A stretch of 44,456 bases of DNA, from contig NIVC01003141.1 of the NCBI GenBank assembly GCA_002269645.1, positions 1 to 44,456 of the forward strand, written 5' to 3'. The stretch is from Macrostomum lignano. Taxonomy: Eukaryota. This document shows, in pieces, positions 32,306 to 44,039 of the stretch (positions within the stretch are counted from its first letter, which is position 1; the number at the start of each line of letters is the position of its first letter). Under the pieces are notes generated by a model that was not told the DNA's origin, ran no database searches, and saw nothing but the letters and a program-made list of their open reading frames with translations. Made by a program: the position numbers and the translations under genes.

Positions 32306-33381
32306 CAGCTTCGTTCTCGACGGCGCTCGGGGTGGGTTGGTGCCAAGGGCTAATCGCTGTCGCAAATGGAAGCGGGTGCGTGCAAATGTAAATAGGCGAA
32401 TTCTCTGACTTACTGTTCTATCATTCCTTTCATTAGTGGCCTTCCAATCGGAGTTGAGAGAAGAGATTGAAAGAAATAGTAAAAACAAGGAAAAGTTGGG
32501 GGAGGGCCGTTGAGGTGCGCGCTGCGTTTTAACAGTCACCCCCTACTGAGAGACTGCTCATTACGCCTAGAGCTGCTTTCGTCTCTTTTAATTTTCCATC
32601 CCTGTCTATTTCTTTTGTAGTTTGTCCGTCTATTTTAGACTCTTCCATAGTTTCTAGCTCGCATAAACTAGCAACGACCAGCCTCAGAGAGTCAAGAGAC
32701 AGTTGAATTAGTGAGAGATCTAGATTTATCTTTATAGGTCGCTTCTGAATAAGGCGTCGTTGCGCCTCGCTCCCACTCAACTCTTTTCGAAGCACAAACG
32801 TTCTTAAATAAAAGAGAAGGCCGAAAGAATCACGTGCAAACTAGCGAAAAGGGGGGCTGACAGGATTGTCTTTGAAGCAGAAATCGTTTCGGCAGTCAAA
32901 GGCAGTCAAAGCGTGTCGCTTCAGCAATGAACTTCAATCAAGACGCTGTGAGTTGCACGCGTAGGCGGATAGTTCTGCGAGTCATTTTATCTAGAAAAAG
33001 TATTGTACTTTTCCATGATTGCAAATTCGTGACGTCTGGCCCTCTCGAAGGGCATAGAAATCCTCTCTAGAGTGTCTTAGACCTCTAGTAGCTCGTACAA
33101 GATGGCAAGCCTCTCTGAAAACCCTCTGAAGATTGTTAGAGGTTTCAAGCTGAAAATGGGCTACCCTCTGAAAGACTCTGCCAAGAAACTTTGAGGGGTA
33201 ATACGCTTACAGTAAACGTGTAGCAAATGATGTATTATTTAAATTATCCTACACACATTAGTGCATGCCTGAAACAATGTCACTTTAGGATGAGGCTACC
33301 GCGGCTGCGGCAAAACAATCGCCAGGCCGGAAGTGCTTCGGCTACAGGGCTATCTTTCCCAAGCTGCTAGGCGATCAAGTT

Positions 33382-36300
33382 ATGACTGGCAGAATGGATG
33401 GTCTGGTAAGTTTAGAGTGGCTTCTTAGTCTGTAGAATAGTGGTTTCAGCTAATACTGAATTCGTGCTGGATGCACTTTACAAAAAACTGCAGGATCACT
33501 ACGGTCATTGGAAACTGTTTCGCCAGAGTCGAGCAATGGGAACGGAGCGGCAACAGTTGGTTATTAGTCACATGAAAGTAAGTTGTAAATATTAACGTTA
33601 TTGTGTTATACTCTTGTTTACTTACATGCATGCTGTACTTGTACTTTTTCCAACTGATCGCACCTCCCAATTTTCACCAGCGTGGCCTGCGCCATCGCCT
33701 CGATCGTCGGTTCGCGGCTATCCAGGAGAGCAGCGAGGCCAGTCGTGGCGCTATCAGCGACGGCCCAACGCCCGACGGCATTGCAGGTGGCGGCGGCGGT
33801 GGCGGCGGTGGCGGCGGTGGCGGTGATGTACTTTTAAACGGAAGACTAGCTGCGGAAGGTACAAATGCATCAGCCTCGGAGCCTCTGGCATCAGCTCGCG
33901 CTGCCGAGGTTACGCCACGTCCGAGGCCAGCAGACGAGCACGAGTCGCTAGAGTCCGACAGGTCCACCGACTGTTTCAGCGCTACTCGCAGTACGGCGTA
34001 CAGCGCTCCAACTCCACACTCAGCACAGCGGGTGTCATCCCGGTCGACTTTCTTCATCCGGAAACTGAGTCTACGCCGCCGGCCGCCGGACCGGCCACGT
34101 TGGCGGCCGATCCGCAACAGGACGAAAAAGTCAAATCGCTGCTGGACAAGGAGCTGACCTTCGTGAACACGTTTGCCGTCGCTTCCGAACTGGAAGAAGT
34201 CCTCAGCAGGCAGTCGTCCTCCATGACGGCCCTACCACCGATCGGGGCTCGAACTCGGGACGACGCCAAGACTCTGCTACTGTATGTGACGTCCAGCTTA
34301 GGTGATTTTGATGCCGAGCGAGCGGCTATGGCCGAGCATCTTGTGCCACATCTGCGGGACACTGCGCGCAGCTTTGGTCTGGACTTTCGTCTGATTGATC
34401 CGCATTTTGGCTGCCGGTTTCACGCCTGCGACAACCACGAAGATATGAAAATCTGTCAGGAGGCTCTTGCCAAGACGAAGCTGTATAAGGATCGGCTAAA
34501 TCATGTGGTATGTCGGATGCGTCTTTCTAGAGAATTAACTTTAATGCACAGTATTTCGATCGAAACTGGTAACTTTTCGAATGCATGTAGTCGGATACCG
34601 GTGTGTTTGATCAAAAGGGATGTCAGCTTAAACTGCGGAATAGAAATTAAAGTCGGCAAGAACTAGCAAACACTGGAAACGCCAGGAAGGGAGGTTGATG
34701 GTGCATGTCTTGGCGTTTCTAGTCGACTGCTCTGACAAGTTAGTCCGCTTTGGTCCAGAGTTTTGCTTCGGGCTTCTTCGGATAGGTTGACATTCCCTTT
34801 GATTAGTGAAGCAATTTATATTATTGAGTACTTGCCTATGTATATAGTTAGTGCATAGCTTAAAGCAAGTGATAAATCAAGTAATATCGGTTTCCCTCTC
34901 CTCTCAGATCCTACTCGAGACAAATTCGGCAAGCCGAGCAGCCCGCCGACCATTGATCGAGCCGAATTCGAACTAATCGTCCGGGCGAATACAACTCGGC
35001 CTACCAGAAGCTGCAGCAACTGCGAGTGAGCGTCAAAAAAGCTGGAAGAGATGGAGAAGAGCGCAAAGTCCAGGAAGAAAAAGCGCAACAGAGCCGGCGC
35101 AGACGATGATGATACGGATGATGATTTTGAAGACGCCTCAACTCGTCGAAACAACCGGCGGACAAGCGTCAACAGGCGCCGGAGCAGCGTGAAGCCGAAG
35201 CCGAAGGCAAGCCTCACATCGGTAGCGAAGACGGTGGGCCGGGCGATGCTTATTCGCAAGTCTCAATTGGAGGACAACATACGCAGCATAGAGCCCTACT
35301 TGCCTAGCGAAAACTTCCTGGATACCTGGTATTACCTGGATAGCAGTCGCGTGCCAGTAGTTTACCGGCTAGCGCAGGTCAGCAGCGTTCTGCCGGAATT
35401 TTCCGCTTACAGAATGCAGGTTCAGGACCAGTGGCAGCGGACGGACCAGCAACTGTTGGCCACGCTCACCTTCTGCTCGCGTCGACTAGTGAAAAATGAC
35501 GTCATGCCCGAGTCTGAGAGCACCATCCTTGCCCTAAACAAGACGTCCGTGCTGGAGCAAGAGTTGCGCCAGACCGTGCTTCGATCGCGTGGCAGCCACT
35601 CGGACACTCTGATGTTTGTGCGAACTTTTGACAACTTGAAAGATCAAGTAGGCCAGCCACTCGCGGCCTTATATACGGACATTGAGCCGGGACGTGACGA
35701 GGTCGACTTAGAGGCTGCGCACGCTTTTGTTACGGTCAAACGGGATCTGGAATTGATGGTGTGTCAATGAACCGAGCGTTTTACTATGGTTGTAAACAAT
35801 TTTAAACCAGGCAGATTCTATCACTACCAAATTCAGTTTAGCGTTCTGCTTTATTATAAAAAACTTGCTGAAAATTTCACCCTCAGGTGCCAGAAGACAT
35901 CATCCACCGGGCTCAGATCAGTTGGATCCCAGAGGGCGGCGTCAATCCCGAGCGGTCGCGCATTCACGAGAATCACGTGAAAAAAATCTGCGCCCAGATT
36001 ATCCGCGTCCTAGAGCCGCAGATTCGTCAAATTGGACTGGATCTGGAGAGGCACCAGACTGAGCAGCAGAGTCTGATGCACACTATTCAGGAGAATGAGA
36101 ACTACTGCCTGCAACAGTAATTATATTCATTGCTTTATTTACTTAAAGCAAGTTCTCCGAATAGAGCATATGGTTCAGAGCATGTATCAGGGCATATGAA
36201 CTCAACTAACCAACCGCTCTTTACCCGATGCGCAATAAAACTACGCTTTGGTGGAGGTGATTAATTAGACAAGTGCAGCATGCAGAACTAAGTAAGAAAG

Positions 36301-39300
36301 GGAAAAGTATGCAGCACTCTTATTCGGTGAACTGTGGTACAAACTCAAGGCCGATTAATAAAGGCCATGCATCCATAGTACATTTTTCTGATCTGCCCGG
36401 TCTCACTCTATTCATAGTTATGAAAGACGTGTAGCCAAAACAAACTAGCTTTGATGCGTTTGTATTACTTACAGTAGCTTCTAAGTATTAAGCTGTGATT
36501 CTTTTTTCAATTTTCTCTCAGTGCGCTGAATGCTACGGCCGCAAGACCATGCTAGCCAAGATGAAGGCGTACCTGAACTCGGACAGCATGATCCCCATGG
36601 TGGTGCACGGACCGTCGGGTAGTGGCAAGACCACTTTGATGGCGAAATGCTTCTCAAAATTGAAAGACTGGCTGCCGGAGAGTTCGACTTGTGTTGTTCG
36701 CGTTGTTGGAGTGTCCAGCAGGTCTGGGAACGTCCGCTACCTGTTGGGAAGCATCTGCCGAGAATTGCTGTTAAAGTGGAAAGAACAAGGCGACCCACCG
36801 CAGGTAACGAGGCTTTATTAATTTTTATTTTAATTGACTCTGACATGGATTCGGGGTTTCTTAGGGTCCTTAAGCCTGGTAGTTGTTAAGTATGTTACCT
36901 CCAGTATGTTACCTCCAGGTGGTGTTACCTCCATGACGTGGGTTACCTCCAGGTGACGTGGGTTACCTCCAGGTGACGTGGGTTACCTCCAGGTGACGTG
37001 GGTTACTCCAGGTGACGTGGGTTACCTCCAGGTGACGTGGGTTACCTCCAGGTGACGTGGGTTACATCCAGGTGACGTGGGTTACCTCCAGGTGATGTGG
37101 GTTACCTCCAGGTGATGTGGGTTACCTCCAGGTGATGTGGGTTACCTCCAGGTGATGTGGGTTACCTCCAGGTGATGTGGGTTACCTCCAGGAAACATAT
37201 TCCCTTATTCTAGGTAGAGCGAGTTTATTTAGCTCAAACTAGCCAAGTGAGCTATAGTCTAATGAGATGTAGATGTCAAATAAAAACCTACACATAATGC
37301 CTAGTACATATTTGATATTTCACTAATTCGTTTATAAGTGACTGGTTTTTAAATAGGTTCTATGTGCGCATCTATCTAAAACCTTTTTCACCAGCTAACA
37401 CTTAAACTTGTCTGCGTCTTTCTATGGGGCTGATTTGAAATTTCAATATAATCTGGAATTTTATTTTCCAGAAACGTTTCGCGAGCAATCCAGAGGAGAT
37501 GCTGGTACAGAGTGTTTCAAATTTCAAATTTATTTATGCGTTTTTAACCTACTACAATGATCAACTTCGAATGCTATCAGAATTAATTAGCAACTTTATT
37601 CTTGTAATTGTAAATTCCGGATTGACTATCTAATCAAGTTAATTACAAAATTTGACCAGATTTGCACACATTCATCTCACTAACCTGTTTGAATAAGAAC
37701 TATGACAACAAGTATATATTTATCTATGCTTGCCGTAATCATAAAGATATTATTCCAGACCCGAAAATTTGTTAATTGTTTAATGACAACATTTTTACGA
37801 CTTTCGATTCAAATTCTCAACAGTTGTGATTTACAATTGGGAACATTGTCAGTTTTCCTGATGAAAATAAAAACACGTTTGAGGGCTATATGTATAATAC
37901 TCTAACTGTTTCAAATGTTTGCAACAGTTGACTGCAGCAGCAAAGTCAATCAAAACCGTCTCTCCTACACGCAGGATTTCGCTGGCCTGGTCAACGAGTT
38001 CACTGCTCGACTTCAACAGGCCTCTCGCGACCGTCCGCTTGTCATCTTGCTGGACTCCCTGGGCCAGCTCACCGAAGAGTACCAAGGTCGTCGGTGCCAC
38101 TGGCTGCCGAAGGTGTTGCCGAAATACGTCAAGGTGATCGCATCAACGGTTGGCGACGAACGGGTCGGCGTGCTGGGCCAGCTGAAGAGCATGTACTCAG
38201 ACGCCTCCCCGGATCACTTCATGGAGATGGAGCAGCTGACGGTCGAGGAAGCTGAGAAGATTTTGAGTTCGTGGCTAGCTAAAGAAGGCAAAACACTGAC
38301 CACACCGCAGCTTGAGCATGTACTGTCGGCTTTTAATTGCGTGCCGTTGCCTCTTCAGCTGCGACTCAGCTTCCACGAATCCTTAAACTGGCCGCCCAGC
38401 TTCTTGCCCCGAGAATTTGCAGCCAAGACTCTGAAACAGTCGGTGACATTCTACTTGAGCCGACTGGAGTCTGGATTCGGCGATTTGCTTGTTAAACGAG
38501 CGCTCGGATACCTGACGGCCGCCAAGAACGGCTTGACAGAAGCAGAACTACTCGACATTTTGTCGCTCGACGACCACGTGATGGACGTGCTCAACTTTCA
38601 GTTTCATCTGCCTGTGCGTCGCTGCCCCCCGATCGCTTGGCTGCGCCTGCGAAACGCACTCGGTGAATTCTTGACAGAAAAATCCGTAGACAACTGTGTC
38701 ACTATCGTCTGGGCATTCAACATGTTCAATGAAGCAGCCGCGGAGCGCTACTTGAACCAGAAGGAAAAGCCGGTGCTGCACAAGGCTCTCGCCGAATACT
38801 TCGACGGAATGTGGGCCGGCAACAAGCGAAAGCCGCACCTGGGCAACGAGGCCGGCTCCAACCGCTTTGTCAGCTCTCAGCCATACTACTTCGAGCGTCA
38901 AGAGCCGCCGGGTTTCGTCTGCAACGACCGAAAACTTGCCGAGCTGCCTTGGCACCTGAGAGAGTCGCAGCAGTTTGAATCGTTGAAACAAAAGTGCCTG
39001 TGCAACTTTGATTTCATTCTGGCCAAAATGTTGGCTTCGTCGGTGCGACATGTGTTGGATTTGTACGAATCTGTGCTAAGCGCCGAGCCTCGTGACAAAG
39101 ACCTACGACTGATATCCAACTCTTTGTACTTGTCTCGAGCCGAGCTGGAGCTAGACCCGAAGCAACTAGCGTCACAGCTTCTTGGACGCATCACGGATGT
39201 GCTCAAAGCTGATCGGCCAAAGGCTCCAGCAGATCCGAAGAAGTACCCATTTGTGCACGCCCTCTTTTATCGCGCTCGGCGCAACAACGTTCCCACTCTT

Positions 39301-41712
39301 GTCCCATCAAAGTCGTGCATGACAACGCCTAGCGAGATTGTCCTTGATCTCCTGCAGGGACACCGACTGCCAATCACGGCTGTCTGCATCAGCGAAGATG
39401 GAACCACGGGATTCACTAGCTCGCAGGAGGACACAATTAAAGTGTGGGACTTGACGAATAGTAGAGTCGTAAGCACTATTGAAGGCTCTGGCAGTCAGGT
39501 ACTGTCCATGACGCTTGGCCGTCAGGAATCGGTGTTGATCACATCGGAGTTAACATGCGTAAAGGTGTACGCAGTGAAGATAGGCTGTCTGCTTTTCACC
39601 ATTCCAGTTCAGGATGATCCTTGCTCTGTTGTCGTCAATGGAGACACAAACAACTTGGTTTGCTTTCACCAGGGTATCTGCGTGATGCGCACCTGGAATT
39701 TGGAGCGCTTAACTAAGGTCTGCGACAAGACGTTAACAGAGACAGGACTGCACCAGGATCGCACCGTGGTTGTCTCTACCCGATGCAACGCAGATTTAGT
39801 TCTGTACGGCCTTAGAGGTTCCAATTTCGCTCGTGTTGTCCACTGCCGCAGCGGACAGGACGTATTAAAGCTGTCCTGTCTTGACAAAGCGTCCCTAGTG
39901 ACGGCTGTGCAGACTAGTCGCGAGTATTACATTGTAGCTTGCCAGGCTACCGACTTGCACACTCGCGTGCACATGTTCTTCTTGGAGCTATTTGACACCG
40001 GAAAAGGCAAAAGCGTCCGACGCATCAAGGGTTGTTCATCTGACAGTGTAGTCGATGAGCTAATGCTAACTAACATTCAACAGCACGTGATCTCCTTGAA
40101 TCCTATGCGAGACAAGAATATGACTGATATTGTGGCATGGAACCTGGAGACCGAGGAGCACAAACACTTTACTCGTCACCCAGGAATTTCGTCAATTGGT
40201 GCTGTTTACGATTTTCGTCGTGTGATCACGGGCTCGCTGGCCGAGAACGCCCTTCGCATGTGGAACGTGCAGCAGAACATGCAATCCGCGCCGCAAAAGA
40301 CCGAAAGCCTCGTAAATCTGGCTGATATAGTTATCGACGCAGGTAACAACCGGTATGCACTGACAAAACTTTCCGACAATAGCGTAATTCACGCTTGGAG
40401 TCTCAGCGCGAATAAATTCTCCGGCAAAGTTGTTAAATCTGCCAAAAGCATCGCTGGGCCCAATGACATGGTGCTGATGGACAGGCACTTTGTCATTGTT
40501 CTAGCAAGACCAGGTTTCTCGCCTAAGGTGCCGAATGCAAAGTTCGTGTACCAGACACTAACTATCTTCGATATTCAAAAGCAAAAATTCACTGTCAATT
40601 TAAACAACGTACTCATTGTACCGTGCGCCTACGAGGAATATCACGTGATTCATGGCAACCAGCTGTTGTGCATAAATGAGTTTCACACCAACTTTTTGGT
40701 GTACAGCCTAGAGTCTGGTGAAATTATTCGCCGAATTAAGCCAGAATTCTCGTTTGACCCTAACAAGAAGCGGCCGTCCGCCCTGCTCGAGGGTAGCGTG
40801 CTGCAGCGCGAAAACGAAATGTTTGAAGAGTTCATCAACAGTCGAAAGCAGACGGTTTTCATGACACCCTGGGAGCGCAGAAACGAGAGCAAATCGGCAA
40901 AAACTCGACGCTATCGAAGCGAGTGGGAGGAGAAAAAGCAACGAGCTGACGAGCTTGAGCAGGAGAAAGGAAACGGCATCGCGGACTTCCTAATTAGCAA
41001 GGACCAGTCCACCGTTGTGTCCAGCTTTTTTGCTCACCACATCTGCGTATTCAACTTGTCCAACGGGACCCAGCAAAGCGTGCTGGAGCATCCCAACGCC
41101 CTGCTGCACTTGTTTACAGCGTCGCTTAGTCCCAACGGGCGCTACCTCGCTCATACTATCTACAACGAGCAGCAGGAAATGAGCCAGCTGTGCCTCTGGG
41201 ACTGTCGCACCGGAAAAGTGAAGAAGTCCTTCAACGAGGGCGGCGTCGGGGCCGTAGCTATCAACAGCGACGCTAGCATTCTCGTCTACGGGACCGACAG
41301 AGGCGAGCTGCGGGTACGCGACTGCCGACGCAGTCCAGCCAAAGTCCGTGTGGCCAAGACCAGCGCCTGTGTGAACTTCCAGCAGAGCAGTCACCGAAAC
41401 TTCATCCAGTTGTTCCGCGACGATAAATGGGCTTTGATCTACGCCAGGAGCCTGTCAGTGTGGAACATGCAGAGCCTGGAAATGTTGAGCATCCTGACAC
41501 CCGATCAGCCGCTGCACTCGATTCGGCTGGCACTGAACGACCAGCTGATTGTGTTCAGCTCCAAGGACTCAAACGATCCGATCATTCTGAAGATGCTGTC
41601 GGCCAATTCAAAGCGACCACAACGAGTCGGCGCGCGCAAGTTCGGCGAGGCGGACTCGACAGATTCGAGCGAGGACGAAGACATGCCGGTAGAAAGAAGC
41701 GCTGACGACTGA
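33382..41712 (+). CDS. NWD1/NWD2-like STAND protein (DUF4062-like domain, NACHT P-loop, WD40 repeats), ~1980 aa; exons 33289(ATG 33382)-33405, 33681-34507, 34908-35758, 35887-36117, 36522-36803, 37975-41712
   Basis: DUF4062-like LLYVTSSLGDFDAER…LIDPHFG; L..WY.LD..VP; TSVLEQEL; Walker A GPSGSGKT; Walker B region LVILLDSLGQL; GYLTAAKNGLTEAELLDILSLDD; RKLAELPWHL; WD40 repeats (LLQGHRLPITAVCISEDG…IKVWDL). The 3.7-kb last exon is intact. Exons 2-4 need 1-bp corrections (~33968, 34917, 34985, ~35028-35040, 36117). The 5' end is less certain. Confidence 0.9.
36893..37192. repeat. 20-bp minisatellite (GTTACCTCCAGGTGA(C/T)GTGG), ~15 copies, in the intron after the Walker A exon
   Basis: Seen directly. 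Confidence 0.95.
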
Positions 41713-42337
41713 CCATTCGACGTTAGTGAAGAACTTGTGAATTATTTATCACCTGTGGCGCTGTAAACGCTGCTGGAGCTTCTATGGTAAAACAAGTTTT
41801 CAGTGAATCCCCGTTTCTATTTCGATGTTTTACTTTGCATAGCTAAGTTGCGTGTGTTGAATTTTGTTTACTATTGATTTCTTTGTTTTTTTTCAATCAA
41901 TAACTCTTCAGGTCTGATTTTATTCTCGATATCTGACTGATTAAACTTCTAATAATTAACTTTAACAAATTGTCAGCTCTACAGCTGAACAACCACTCAT
42001 CAACTCTGCAGTATGATATGAGCAAATATTTTTATGACTTGCGGTAAAGATGTTCAAAGTTTTTCCGTTGCCTAAAGTACCGCAGATAAGTACTGGCTGA
42101 TTGGATATACTGAATACTTTTATTTTGAGAAAATAAATTGAGAAACAATTGGAAACGCTTGTAACGTAATGCTATTGCATAAGAATAATATTTATAAGCT
42201 GCTAAATAGCTGAGGTGCTAAAAGGTGCGAAAAAAGAACGACAGATGTTACATGATTAATTTTTTTTCATTTCTTGCACTATATTCTACTCTTCAAGTAT
42301 TGGAGAAATGGCTGCAGTCTCGTTAGCGCTATGTACG

Positions 42338-42693
42338 AGTATTGCTTTTGTCAGCCTAACTGAGAATAAAGCCATCCAATGTGAGAATCGATTGGTCTAT
42401 GCGTCGTATTCTTTTATTTTTATACCTTCTGAGCTTCTGAGCCATATGAATAGCCAATCCTAGCTTATCCTTTATAGTCTATGGCTCATAGACTAGGCTG
42501 GACGCAGCTAGGCCCTTCGTATTCAGCGTAGGCAGGATTCTCACATTGGATGGCTTTTTATCACTTTGCTTGTCCTTTATTGTCTATGGCCCATAGACTA
42601 AGGCTGCACGCAGCCAGGCACTTCGCAGTCAGCGTAGGCAGGATTCTCACTTTGGATGGCTTTATTCTCAGTTAGGCTGACAAAACCAATACT
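42338..42693. mobile_element. ~356-bp MITE with ~52-bp TIRs and an internal ~120-bp duplication
   Basis: AGTATTGCTTTTGTCAGCCTAACTGAGAATAAAGCCATCCAATGTGAGAATC vs GATTCTCACTTTGGATGGCTTTATTCTCAGTTAGGCTGACAAAACCAATACT. Two internal copies carry GTCTATGG..CATAGAC hairpins. No clear TSD. Confidence 0.8.
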
Positions 42694-42813
42694 TATTTTT
42701 TGTTATGCTTAACAGACTGCTAATATTAAATTGACGCTATGGAAATGTTCTGCAGCTGAGCTGTTAACCAAAGTAGGCACGAATATATTACAAAAAATTA
42801 AATAAACTAAATC

Positions 42814-43402
<589 letters not shown>

Positions 43403-44039
43403 TTTTCAGCCATGTTTGCCCATGTATGCCTCCCAAGTATAGAAGTAGAAGGGCTTAAAAAACGCATTAGTTTTTTTCGTCTCTTCCTGGGCAAAACTGA
43501 GTGCATTGTTTAGTGCGCTTGGATGCGCCAATATTAAAATTTAATGCCTGGTGGTTCCCCTTCTGTTTGAGACGACACTCTACATTCAGAATTTGTCAAG
43601 CATCGGAAAGAAGGGAAGCTCTCCGCTGAGTCTTTCTTTTTCTTTGCCTTTCCAACGTATGACTTCTCTACTCCCCTGTCCCTTTCAATTGCCTCCTCTC
43701 GTTGCCTTGACAACAAGGCTAACAACAAACAGGCAGGCGTATTTGCACGAAGAAGAAAAAACTGTAATTTTAAGCAACTCCTCTTCCATCGGGTAGGCAG
43801 ACACCGGTAACTCTGAGACTCCGGTATTCAGAGAGCGTCTTCTGCCCCAAGTTGCAAATTTTGCTAGTCAGGACCTAGCCTGTGCAATACAGCAGTCTAT
43901 CAACAATCAATAATCAATTGAATTCATTCACTGGTGAGTCAGCGTAACTGTGATTCAAGAATTTGATGCTTAGTTATCGAACATCAGCGTCTTATTTCGC
44001 TATGCTTAATATGCACTAAACTAATTGCAGACCCACACG

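Noticed and set aside
33040-33198. CCCTC…GAGGG segment with CTCT sub-repeats (possible MITE)
   Set aside because: Inverted ends are imperfect and there is no TSD.
33960-33980. Programmed -1 ribosomal frameshift in NWD exon 2
   Set aside because: No slippery heptamer is present, and the same 1-bp homopolymer loss recurs at many sites, so assembly error is simpler.
38548-41394. Antisense ORFs within the NWD last exon, plus those opposite the GPCR, mariner and 9227-9757 genes
   Set aside because: These are the expected shadows of GC-rich coding sequence on the opposite strand.
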